64,000 nucleotides of DNA. Origin: Octopus vulgaris. Taxonomy: Eukaryota. Below the pieces are notes generated by a model. That model was not told the origin of the DNA. It ran no database searches and saw only the letters and a program-made list of their open reading frames with translations. The number at the start of each line of letters is the position of its first letter. The stretch's first letter is position 1. Location of the stretch: contig OX597833.1 in the NCBI GenBank assembly GCA_951406725.2, positions 64,728,001 through 64,792,000 of the forward strand, written 5' to 3'. Below, piece by piece: positions 1-12,348 of the stretch. Position numbers and translations under genes: made by a program.

Positions 1-428
1 AAGGAATCGGCTCTGTTACCGTTGGTATTCATTTTCAGCTAAGTATCCGGTAGGAACGTGAAATCATGTACATTACTCAGAGGGGTCAACGTGTCACCCG
101 ATGCAGCAATCGAACCCCGGACTTGTGATTAACGATGTAACCATAAAACCATGAACATCTAACTCGTGTCCTTGTCTGTTGCAAATTAATATCTAGAAGT
201 AACCGTTTGATAGTCTCCTGATATATCAATGCCCTTTTCTGCTTCAAAAATCCAGAACGGGAGCGAACACCAACCATTTTCTAGCCGACGACGGGATCAC
301 CAGATCGAAGGGTCGTCGCCTGTTTGTGTCCATCTTCAATTGTAAGTAGATTTCTATTTTTAAGAGATGAGGAATTATGTACATTGTTCACATTTGACGG
401 ATATTTATCCTCATCTTCTTCATTCTTA

Positions 429-472
429 ACACAACATTTCGATTGATGTACCTTCTAGCCTTCATCAGGTGT
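429..472 (-). ncRNA. Degenerate minimal type I hammerhead ribozyme motif in a Penelope-like terminal fragment
   Basis: Minus strand: acac-CTGATGA-a-ggcta(gaaggtacat)caatc-GAAAT-GTT-gtgt. Stem I (acac/gtgt) is intact, stem II is decayed, GAAAC reads GAAAT. Confidence 0.5.
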
Positions 473-629
473 CTTGGGGAAGTTTTGAACTTGGGTTCCC
501 ATTCCGGAAACAAGCACAGATATAAAACATGCCTTAAATTCTGTTTATTACTGTCGGTGTTGCTTCTGTTCTTATTTCGAATTTTGAAGAAACATGTTTG
601 TCAAATCTATAAAGCAGAGGTATATAATA

Positions 630-1576
630 TCCATTCTAATATAGCCACAAGGCCTGTATTTGAAGGGGAGAGGACTAATCGATTACATCAACCCCAGTGT
701 GTTACTGACACTTAATTTATCGACCCCGAAAATATGAAAGGCAAAGTCGACCTCGGCTGAATTCGAACTCAGAACGTAGCGGCAGACGAAATACCTATTT
801 CTTTACTAACCATAAGGGGCTAAACACAGAGATGACAAACAAGGTCAGACAAACGATTAAGTCGATTATATCGACCCCAGTGCGTAACTGGTACTTAATT
901 TATCGACCACGAAAGGACGAAAAGCAAAGTCGACCTCGGCGGAATTTGAACTCAGAACGTAGCGGCAGACGAAATACCTATTTCTTTACTACCCACAAGG
1001 GGCTAAGCACAGAGAGGACAAACAAGGACAGACAAAGGGATTAAGTCGATTATATCGACCCCAGTGCGTAACTGGTACTTATTTAATCGACACCGAAAGG
1101 ATGAAAGGCAAAGTCGACCTCGGCGGAATTTGAACTGAAAACATAACGGCAGACGAAATACCTATTTCTTTACTACCCACAAGGGGCTAAACACAGAGAG
1201 GACAAACAAGGACAGACAAACGATTAAGTCGATTATATCTACCCCAGTGCGTAACTGGTACTTAATTTATCGACCCCGAAAGGATGAAAGGCAAAGTCGA
1301 CCTCGGCGGAATTTGAACTGAAAACATAACGGCAGACGAAATACCTATTTCTTTACTACCCACAAGGAGCTAAACACAGAGAGGACAAACAAGGGCAGAC
1401 AAAGGGATTAAGTCGATTAGATCGACCCCAGTGCGTAACTGGTACTTAATTTATCGACCCCGAAAGGATGACAGGCAAAGTCGACCTTGGCGGAATTTGA
1501 ACTCAGAACGAAACGGCAGACGAAATACCGCTAAGCATTTCGCCCGGTGTGCTAACGTTTCTGCCAGCTCGCCGCC
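630..1576 (-). mobile_element. tRNA-derived SINE concatemer: one head plus five ~184-bp body units
   Basis: Unit junctions (gaaatacc|tatttcttt) at 796, 979, 1163 and 1346. The head with an A-box-like tggcagaaacgtta occurs only at 1529-1576. Each unit has a B-box-like gagttcaaattcc. Confidence 0.9.
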
Positions 1577-2028
1577 TTAATGGTAATAGAAAACTTGGCA
1601 ATGTGCAGTGATTCTAACAACCACGAGTACAGAACGTGATGAAACTCCATCTTTATATTCAAAGCAGTCTCTCAGTATAAATCAGAAGCAGAATGTTTTG
1701 CACTTGTTTATGGCAAGCTTTATGTTAGTGCTGCGTTGAGCGGATCAACAACTAAGTCCGTTCTATCCAAGTGCATGGAAACCAGTTTTATGGTTTAGTA
1801 AATGGATACGAAGAAGTACATGCAAAGAACCTTCTATCTTTTTTTTTTATCTATGATTTGTTTCAGTTATTAGACTGCGGCCATGTTACGGCACTGCCTG
1901 TGGGATTTTAGTTCAAATAATCAACCCTAGTAATGATATAGACATTACTTCATATAAACACGCACACACCAGTTGTCAGGTGGTGGTGGTGGTGGTGGTG
2001 GGACACACACACACACAAACACACACAC

Positions 2029-2074
<46 letters not shown>

Positions 2075-2078
<4 letters not shown>

Positions 2079-2196
2079 TTATAGAAGGAGCTTCTACAGG
2101 ACTAGAACTGTTTCATTCAAATGAAATCATCAGGAAGCCTGATGATTTCATTTGAATGTAACAGTTCTAGTCCTGTAGAAGCTCCTTCTATAAAAT
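2075..2196. repeat. Near-perfect fold-back palindrome (~60-bp arms, 3-nt centre)
   Basis: tattttatagaaggagc...catcagg-aag-cctgatg...gctccttctataaaata, with one mismatch. Abuts (TA)n. Confidence 0.95.
2090..2138 (-). ncRNA. Type I hammerhead ribozyme motif
   Basis: Minus strand: gcttc-CTGATGA-t-ttc(attt)gaa-t-GAAAC-ag(ttctagtc)ct-GTA-gaagc. Stem I 5 bp, stem III acag/ctgt, GUA triplet. Stem II closes on a non-canonical U-U. Confidence 0.7.
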
Positions 2197-2262
2197 AAAT
2201 TAATTTACTCTGCTATGTATTGACTACCTTATTTACTGTGGTTAACCCCGACTCAACCCGGG

Positions 2263-2310
<48 letters not shown>

Positions 2311-2397
2311 TGCGTGGCACCTTGTCCAAGTGTCTTCTACTACAGCCTCGGGCTGACCTGAGCCTTGTGAGTGGATTTGGTAGAGATAAACTGGATA

Positions 2398-2434
<37 letters not shown>

Positions 2435-2436
<2 letters not shown>

Positions 2437-2597
2437 AGGCGCGTGGCTTAGTGCTTAGGGTGTCAGCTATATGATAGTAATATTGTGGTTTCGATTCCTG
2501 GACCGCAAAAATGAGTAACGCTTGTCCACCTGAGGGCCATACGTCATTGAAACCGGGCTGACGAGCCTGGCTTGGCTTTAAAAGGGTGCATCTATTT
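2435..2597 (+). mobile_element. Internally deleted tRNA-derived SINE (family of 34128-34384)
   Basis: Head ggaggcgcgtggcttagtg, B box ggtttcgattcc, tail gagcctggc..ggctttaaaaggg shared with the 34128 copy. Confidence 0.75.
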
Positions 2598-2600
2598 ATT

Positions 2601-3188
<588 letters not shown>

Positions 3189-4097
3189 ATACAGAGAGAG
3201 TGACAGAGAGTAGAGAACTCATTGGAGCTCATTTAATTTTTCTGTATTGCATTTGCGACGCCAACGCAAATTCCTTCTCCTATAAAGTGCAACTACATTA
3301 TTCTAAGGACAGGCATTCATTTTCCTCTTCAAATTGCCTTTTATACTGCGACACACAACAAATATTTATGCAAATTTACAGTTCACACTCATACGTGCCT
3401 ATCAGAACACATTTTCGCACAGCTTACCACTCGCAGCTCTTGTTTAAGGGCCATTAGCTTGCTTGTGTGTGTCCCCCATTTGCTATTCCCATTGATTTCC
3501 ATAGCCTATCACAAATTCCCCGCTGCTGATTCGGGAATATATTATTCACATTGCATCAAATGGTTACTACACATTTATCCGATGATCTCGCTGAGTTTGT
3601 CAGGAATACTATATTTGTTTCATTTCTATATTTTATTTTTCCTTTTTCGTTTTAAGAGAGGGAATCCATTTTCGTTGTGTGAAGTCATTTTAATCTCTCG
3701 TTGTTAGCGCCATCTGTTGCCCAATAATAATTATGAGAGAAAACAGTAGGACAGTCAATATCGAAAACATGGAAGCATTAATTTATGCCGCGTGTTTTAT
3801 TTAGCAACATGATCGATCGCGGATTATGTCGTATCAGTGGGATTACTATAGATGTTTGTTATAATAGTCGTTTCATTTAGTGGCTTGGTGAGTAGCATAT
3901 ATATTTCTCCATGTGCATATGTACGTTTAACTGTTTGTATGCGGATATGCATACATACAAATATATATGGATGTGTATATAAAGAGTGGAGTTTACGGTG
4001 AACGCGTGTCTCTCTAATCCTTCCTTACTTACCAGGTATATATTTACATATATATATATATACGTATGCATGTATATGTGCATGTATATTTATATAC

Positions 4098-4171
<74 letters not shown>

Positions 4172-4176
<5 letters not shown>

Positions 4177-4317
4177 CGACGGTGGAGTGACGATTTCAGG
4201 AGGACGATTGGGATCACGTGGATGAGAAAGGCGCGATCCAGAGAGGAGTGGACAGCGTGCTGTGACCAGCGGTGTCAAATGGACGCCCGACGAACTGGTC
4301 GGTCAAAGTGATCAAAG

Positions 4318-4320
<3 letters not shown>
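4172..4320 (+). mobile_element. RTE-clade LINE 3' end, 5'-truncated, within (TA)n
   Basis: Translates [25 protein letters not shown], like the RTE C-terminal RW.D..W...A..R..W motif. Short tandem tail tcaaagtga. Second copy at 8253-8392. Confidence 0.7.
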
Positions 4321-4364
<44 letters not shown>

Positions 4365-4522
4365 TGTATATATGCATATATATATTTCCACTTCCGCATC
4401 TGAAACTCAGAGTTTTATCTTGACTATTGAGTAATTGTAACATATTATTTTATAGATAAATTTCCTCTATTTACATAATATTGAGGTCTCTTTCTTTCTT
4501 TTGTTATCTTACCGTTTTTACC

Positions 4523-4561
<39 letters not shown>

Positions 4562-4566
<5 letters not shown>

Positions 4567-4775
4567 TGCCCAAACATGGAAACACAAAGAGAAAACACAA
4601 CAATGCTAGGATGTGGAACAAGTATAGTGTTATTGAACGCTCAGGGAAGGAAAGAAAGAAGGAGGATTTAACGTTTCGAGCGGAGCTCTTCGTCAGAAAC
4701 ATAGGAAAAGGAAAAATCCAAGGAAGGGAAGACGGAGGAAAACGTCGCCAACAGTACACACGCGGTCACATTATT
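4562..4775 (-). mobile_element. ~215-bp non-coding element flanked by (TA)n, carrying a minimal hammerhead (Penelope pLTR/retrozyme-like)
   Basis: Homologous end to end with 50517-50735. Both copies are flanked by (TA)n on both sides. Confidence 0.8.
4666..4700 (-). ncRNA. Minimal type I hammerhead ribozyme motif
   Basis: Minus strand: gttt-CTGACGA-a-gagc(tcc)gctc-GAAAC-GTT-aaat. Intact core, loopless palindromic stem III (ACGT). Confidence 0.65.
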
Positions 4776-4776
4776 T

Positions 4777-4811
<35 letters not shown>

Positions 4812-5022
4812 GAATTAGAGGATATTTTAGCCTTGTGAAGGGATGGTTGCATCCAAAGAAATACTGGTTCAATACCTAGTATTTGGGGGGAATGATATTC
4901 CATTAAAACAATAGGTAGATATTAAGCATATACTTTATATCCATTTAAAAGAAGGAATGGGAAGTAAATGATGATAAGGGAGTTAATATTCGTTTATTAT
5001 TCACGAATTGGACGTCTTCGCT

Positions 5023-5090
5023 TCTTGCAGCCGTTTCAATTCGTACATTATATTTATATTTATGTTATATGTATATAATTTCGTCAGAGA
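5023..5090 (-). ncRNA. Degenerate hammerhead motif
   Basis: Minus strand: tct-CTGACGA-aatt...aatt-GAAAC-ggct-GCA-aga. The cleavage triplet reads GCA instead of GTA. Confidence 0.4.
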
Positions 5091-5178
5091 TGTTATATGT
5101 GGATCTATCAATTCATTTCAGTAGACTCTGCTGAATTGAATTAGAGGATACAAGAAAGGGACAATAAAACATCCAGAC

Positions 5179-5218
<40 letters not shown>

Positions 5219-5244
5219 TATATATATATATATATATATATATA

Positions 5245-5326
<82 letters not shown>

Positions 5327-5574
5327 AAAAAAATACAAACTGGGACAAGAACGCAAAACGTTTAGAAAACGGTACAAAAAAACACGGACGGGACATTCGA
5401 AGCCTTCAATCTTCACTCAAGAACCGGATCATCTTCGCAATTTCGGCTGATTAACCTTGAGATTGTTCCGATCTGGCCAGCCCCAAAGGAAAATCTAAGC
5501 CAAGCGCATTAGATTCCTTGGAAGAAAGCCTCGAATGCATACAACACATGGACGGAAAAACGGACGATGTTACA

Positions 5575-5622
<48 letters not shown>

Positions 5623-6626
5623 GTGTGTGTGTTTCTGTGTCTTCCCTGTGCCCACGCAAGTAAACCCAACGGTCTATAGCGCCCTACATTAGATCAGAGC
5701 TCTGCATATACCGAGAAGACTAATATACTTTACATTTGCACTGTAATTTAATAAGAGTTTTGGCATTTAAACAGTAAAACCGATGTCACCTACACCAACC
5801 TATGTTCACACACACAGTCACACATATATACAAATGCATACGGATATAGACAGTGATAATCGCACTCATTCCTATACTCAGTCATACTTGGCAGCACACA
5901 CACACACACTCACAAATACACGCATATGCACATAGACACCCACACTCATACATATATATGTACGTCTCTTAGCTACATACATGGCTTTCGGCTTCAATTT
6001 ATGCACATTGTTACAATCTGTTATGCACACCTATGTTAAAACACAATAAAGGCCAGAAAAACACACGCAGACATAAAAATACACACACACACACAGGCAT
6101 ACATAGACGTACATCCACATATAGACTCGCACATTCACACATACACACACATACATAATTCATACATCCATCCATTTTTACGTACATACGCGTGTATATA
6201 TACATATATAAAAACACAATTATATTTTCATATATTCTCACCTACTTACGTACATACGGACGTACATAATACATAGGTAAGTTTATAAATGCAAACATAC
6301 TATAACACCTATAGTTTCATAGATTCGTACGTATATATGTAGGGAGAGAGAGAGTGAGTGACTAATTTCAATAGCCACGTATATAGACAGTCAGGCAAAC
6401 ACACGCATAGACATCCCAGAATCCGCATCTATTTGTTGTGGAATGGTGAGACTAATTGCGTTTGTCGGTGCCAACAGAATGAAAGCATTGACACTCTTTG
6501 ATCGGTGTTGCAGGGAAGAGAGAACGAGAGAGAGAGAGAGAAAGAGAGATAGAAAGAGAGAGAGAGAGGAGGAGGGACACATTGGGGGAGAAAAGTATGT
6601 TAATGGAATAGAGGGGACGAGAGAGG

Positions 6627-6682
<56 letters not shown>

Positions 6683-6719
6683 GTATATATTTATATATAT
6701 ATATATATGTATGTATATG

Positions 6720-6750
<31 letters not shown>

Positions 6751-6818
6751 GCATATATATATATATATATGTATATATATATGTATATGAATATATTTAT
6801 ATATATACATATATACAT

Positions 6819-6882
<64 letters not shown>

Positions 6883-7280
6883 CCTCTCTCGTACTCTCTC
6901 TCTATATATATGTGCGCGTATGTGTATGTGTATATGCGTTTGTGTGTATATGTATGTAGAGAGAGAGAGAAAGAGAGTGTGACAGTGTGAGAGAGAGAGG
7001 GGGGGTATGGGGGAAGAGCGAGTGTGTGGGTGTGCTTTGAGAGCAGCGAATGAGTAAATTGAAAAAAAGAACTGAGTAGACAGAGAAAAACCACGAACCA
7101 TGAAGGTATACATAGACTGAGCGAGTTAGGGAGGGATCAAGAGAAAGAAAATAGAAAGAGAATGTGACAATAGAGGGAGAGAGAAAATGTAGATGTGAGG
7201 AAGTGATACAGAGGGAGAGAGGCGAGGGAGTGAATGGATTAGAAAGTGTAAGTTATATATAATTAATATAGAGAGAAATA

Positions 7281-7680
7281 GGCGCAGGAGTGGCTGTGTG
7301 GTAAGTAGCTTGTTTACCAACCACATAGTTAGGGTTCAGTCCCACTGCGCGGTACCTGGGGCAAGTGTCTTCTGCTATAGCCTCGGGCCGACAAAAGGCT
7401 TGTGAGTAGATTTGGTAGACGGAAACTGAAAGAAGCCCGTCGAATATATGTATGTGTGTGTGTGTATATATGTTTGTGTGTCTATGTTTGTCCCTCTAGC
7501 ATTGCTTGACAACCGATGCTGGTGTGTTTACGTCCCCGTCACTTAGCGGTTCGGCAAAAGAGACCGAATCGAATAAGTACTCTGCTTACAAAAGAATAAG
7601 TCCCGGGGTCGATTTGCTCGACTAAAGGCGGTGCTCCAGCATGGCCGCAGTCAAATGACTGAAACAAGTAAAAGAGTAAA
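7281..7680 (+). mobile_element. Full-length tRNA-derived SINE with internal (TA)/(TG) microsatellite and (gagtaaaa)n tail
   Basis: Head ggcgcaggagtggctgtgtgg, B-box-like gggttcagtccc, CORE-like ggcaagtgtcttct, tail gaaacaagtaaaagagtaaa. Many copies in the window. Confidence 0.9.
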
Positions 7681-8223
7681 TTTAGAGAAAGAAACGGTAG
7701 GTTATTGAGCGAGAGACCGAGGGAGGGTGAACGATAGAGAGAAAGAGAGAGTGGAAGAATGCAAAGAAAAGAGAGGTGAAGAAAGGAAGAAGCTGTAGTA
7801 GAGAGAGATACAAGGCAGTAATAATAGTAATGGAATGGATAGCTCTTGTAGCAGACCTAAAACAGCTTAGGTATTGGAGAGTCTTGTATTCTCTGAGTCG
7901 AGCTATTAAGTTTCGAGCAAATTCCAAACCGACTCATTTTGTCTTCATGACCGTTAGCCGTATGTTTCTGACCAGATTTTTTTATTCGGTTCCGTTAAAA
8001 ATATCGTCGATGTCGTGGCTGTTCCTCGAGATCGAGGGACTTCTTTCTTTTTGTGGGAATTGATAAATCAGGAGAGTCCAATTCTGGCTCAGAAATTCTT
8101 TCACGAGTGGGACAGAAATTTCGGGATGGAAGGTCACTTCTTGGTTGTTCTCGTCCATATTTTCTGCGGCCCCTAAATATATGCGCGTGCGTGTGCGCAC
8201 GCATATATACACACCTACAAACA

Positions 8224-8516
<293 letters not shown>

Positions 8517-8779
8517 GTGTGTGTACGTCAATAATATTTTCTGAAAGGAAACTGTTGACAGCAAGCCGCAGCACACACGCTTACATGTTGATTTGGTATG
8601 ACTTTGCATTTGTATTCCAATTTTCTGAACGTTTCATTTTTACAGCTATTGCTTTGCAGAACATCACCTTATTGTGTTATTTCTGTGACATTCTGCAGCA
8701 TATTTTGACATGTATTTATTTTGTATTACCGAACATAAATGATTACAGTATTTGTTTGCTGACACACACAGAAGCGATT

Positions 8780-9300
8780 GGCTAACGTTTCTAACAAGAT
8801 AATATCTAGATGTTGATAACGGCAGCATATTAAACAAATTTACAATGGACACGATGATCCGAATTAGTATTTTGTAATGGAAGTCTTTAAGAGAACACTT
8901 TGAAGTTTTTTCAACTTTGTCTCCTGCCCACGTATTGGAAAGCTGGTTGACCATCGTCTCTGTATAATGCTGGTTTTAAACTGATTGAATATGTAGTGTA
9001 TCTTATAATAATAAAGTAAGTCTACATTAGTGACGTGTGAAGGGTATGAACTCGTACTAAGAAATTTGATGCAGTCGATGTGCAGGTATCACAGCAGGAT
9101 TACATCAGCCAATTTCCTTCCTGCAGTTGGTGTCTGTTCCAAAGGAATTTTTGAGTATATGCACGGACATAAAAGAGTGTTTTTTGATTTGATGTGTGAA
9201 GTGTATGCATTATTTACAAATAATGTTTTACGTATCAAGTCTGTCGATTTCCAGTGCTTATTTGATCTTTTATTTATCAGATATTTCTTGCAGGTTGAAC
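8780..9300 (-). pseudogene. Highly decayed Penelope-like reverse transcriptase fragment
   Basis: LYRDDG at 8950-8967 (minus strand), preceded by HWKSTD and a YPS-like segment in the order seen in Penelope-like RTs. Several frameshifts and stops. Confidence 0.45.
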
Positions 9301-9466
9301 GAGAGCGCTCACTCAAACACTTATTTCTCTTCTTGAATCGCAAGAACGTTAGAAAAAAACTGCTTTGAAATAGTTGTGGTTCCAGTTCTTCACATTCGTA
9401 GTGGTGGTCGTGGTGGTTGTGATTTTGGAGATGGAAGTAGTTTCGTTATTATTTTGATACTGTCGA

Positions 9467-9858
9467 GGCTGCGAGCTTGCAGAATCGTTAACACGCCGGG
9501 CAAAATGGCTAGCATTATTTCGTTTGCCGCTACGTTCTGAGTTCAAATTCCGCCGAGGTCAACTTTGCCTGTCATCCTTTCGGGGTCGATTAAATAAGTA
9601 CCAGTTACGCACTGGGGTCGATATAATCGACTTAATCCGTTTATCTATCCTTGTTTGTCCTCTCTGTGTGTAGCCCCTTGTGGGTAGTAAATAAATAGGT
9701 ATTTCGTCCGTCCTTACGTTCTGAGTTCAAATTCCGCCGATGTCGACTTTTCCTTTTAGGTCGATAAATTAAATACAACTGAAATACTGGGGTTGATGTA
9801 ATGGTCTAATCCCCTCCCCCACAACATTTCAGACGTTGTGTGTAGAGTAGAAAGGATT
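9467..9858 (+). mobile_element. SINE dimer (head plus two units, alternative terminal tail)
   Basis: Same family as 630-1576. Ends in the cccctccccc...agtagaaagga tail. Confidence 0.85.
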
Positions 9859-10169
9859 TTGCTATTTTCTTTCCTTTTTTTTTTTTTTGTTTCTATTGAC
9901 CAAGATCAGCAGTTCATACCCTATGTTTATATGACCCTTGAGAGCTCATATATGATTATGTTCTTAGAATTTATGAGCCGGGAACTGGTTAAAATTCTAC
10001 AATCGTTATATCTACTCCAGTACTCAACAGGTATTCATTTTATAAACTGCAAAAGTAATGGACAAGTTGACTTTTGACCTCAGAACAATAACATAGACGA
10101 AATACAACTACGCATTTCGTCCATCGAGCTTAACAATTCTTCCAGCTTTCCGTCTCGTGAAACTAACGT

Positions 10170-10433
10170 GAATGTGGCTGAGTACTCCGCAGACGTGTAC
10201 CCTTAATTTAGTTCTCGGGGAGATCCAGCGTGACACACAGTGCAACAAGGCTGGCTCCTTTGAAATACAGGTAACCAGAAACAGGAAGAAAAGAGTGAGC
10301 AGGGTTCGCACTCACTCCTTGCCGGAGGCTCCTGAAGCTTTAGATGTTTTCTGTCAATAAACACTCACAACGCGCGGTCTGGGAATTGAAACCGCGAGTC
10401 CGCTGCCCTAACCACTGGGCTATTACGCTTCCA
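10170..10433 (-). mobile_element. tRNA-derived SINE (head shared with 52935-53236)
   Basis: gagtccgctgccctaaccactggg and caataaacac.cacaacgc are shared with the 52935 copy, but the tail differs. Confidence 0.7.
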
Positions 10434-10460
10434 CTACAGAAAACACATAATGGAAGTATA

Positions 10461-11432
10461 TATTTCTTTACTACCCACAAGGGGCTAAACACAGAGGGGA
10501 CAAACTAAGACAGACAAACGGATTAAGTCGATTACGTCCACCCCAGTGCGTCATTGGTATCTTAATTTATCTACCCCGAGAGGATGAAAGGCAAAGTCGA
10601 CGTCGGTGGAATTTGAACTCAGAACGTAAAGGCAGACGAAATACCTATTTCTTTACTACCCACAAGGGGCTAAACACAGAGGGGACAAACAAGGACAGAC
10701 AAACGGATTAAGTCGATTATATCGACCCCAGTGCGTAACTGGTACTTAATTTATCGACCCCGAAAGGATGAAAGGCAACGTCGACGACCTCGGTGGAATT
10801 TGAACTCAGAACGTAAAGGCAGACGAAATACCTATTTCTTTACTAGCCACAAGGGTCTAAACACAGAGGGGACAAACAAGAACAGACAAACGGATTAAGT
10901 CGATTACATCGATCTCAGTGCGTAACTGGTACTTAATTTATCGACCCCGAAAGGATGAAAGGCAAAGTCGACCTCGGTGGAATTTGAACTCAGAACGTAA
11001 CGGCAGACGAAATACCTATTTCTTTACTACCCAAAAGGGGCTAAACACAGAAGGGGACAAACAAAAACAGACAAACGGATTAAGTCGATTACATCGATCT
11101 CAGTGCGTAACTGGTACTTAATTTATCGACCCCGAAAGGATGAAAGGCAAAGTCGACCTCGGTGGAATTTGAACTCAGAACGTAACGGCAGACGAAATAC
11201 CTATTTCTTTACTACCCAAAAGGGGCTAAACACAGAAGGGGACAAACAAGAACAGACAAACGGATTAAGTCGATTACATCGATCTCAGTGCGTAACTGGT
11301 ACTTAATTTATCGACCCCGAAAGGATGAAAGGCAAAGTCGACCTCGGCACAATTTGAACTCGGAACGTAACGGTAGACGAAATACGGCTAAGCATTTCGC
11401 CCGGCGAGGTAACGTTTCTGCCAGCTCGACGC
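10461..11432 (-). mobile_element. SINE concatemer, head plus five units, with target-site duplication
   Basis: Five ~185-bp units. Flanks acataatggaagtata (left) and acataattgaattata (right). Confidence 0.9.
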
Positions 11433-11903
11433 TACATAATTGAATTATATTTAATCTAATTATACTACGTAAGCATAAACTATACTACGTTCACGACTTT
11501 ACTATCTTCCATCGTTATTCTCTTATTCCAGGGTCGATTAAATAAGAACGACCACCAACGAGGAGTGGCACAATGGAATAATCTCGGATATTAGATACAC
11601 TACGTCGAAAGAAATATTGGATTGTCACGGTTGGAAAATCTTCCATTATAGGTTTCCTAAATAAGCGATGGTCTTAAGGTTATACAGCATCGGCAACAAT
11701 GCTAATCCTGCATTAAGAATAGGATGAGTTGCTGCGGCTGTTTTGATGAATATGTGAAAGGTGAAACTACTTAAAAATATATTTATCCATCCGGTCCGTT
11801 CTGGCGAAAATATTATTGTCAGCTAAGTGCTTCGAATATCGTGACTGGATGTATTAGGAAGCTGAGGATCAGTCCATCACCCTCTCTGTCTCTCTCTGTG
11901 TCA

Positions 11904-11904
11904 G

Positions 11905-11987
<83 letters not shown>

Positions 11988-11990
11988 CTC

Positions 11991-12044
<54 letters not shown>

Positions 12045-12148
12045 CGTTTAACTATCTATCACTTTAATCTATCTATATATCTGTCTGTCTATCTATTTGT
12101 CCGTCTATCACTCTAATCCATTTATCTATCCAGCCAGCCAGCCATCTG

Positions 12149-12217
<69 letters not shown>

Positions 12218-12218
12218 G

Positions 12219-12252
<34 letters not shown>

Positions 12253-12286
12253 AATATATATCTATCTATCAAGGAATCAATCAATA

Positions 12287-12347
<61 letters not shown>
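11904..12347. repeat. Compound (TCTA)n/(TA)n microsatellite
   Basis: Direct inspection. Confidence 0.95.

Positions 12348-12348
<1 letters not shown>

Noticed and set aside
796-1530. Regular ~184-bp arrays as CRISPR or tRNA gene clusters
   Set aside because: Units repeat along their full length with no unique spacers, no cas genes and no cloverleaf; they are SINE bodies.
7840-8175. Complex-looking unique sequence with overlapping short ORFs as a host exon
   Set aside because: I recognised no domain and no convincing splice pair, and the frames I checked are short or interrupted. Left unassigned.
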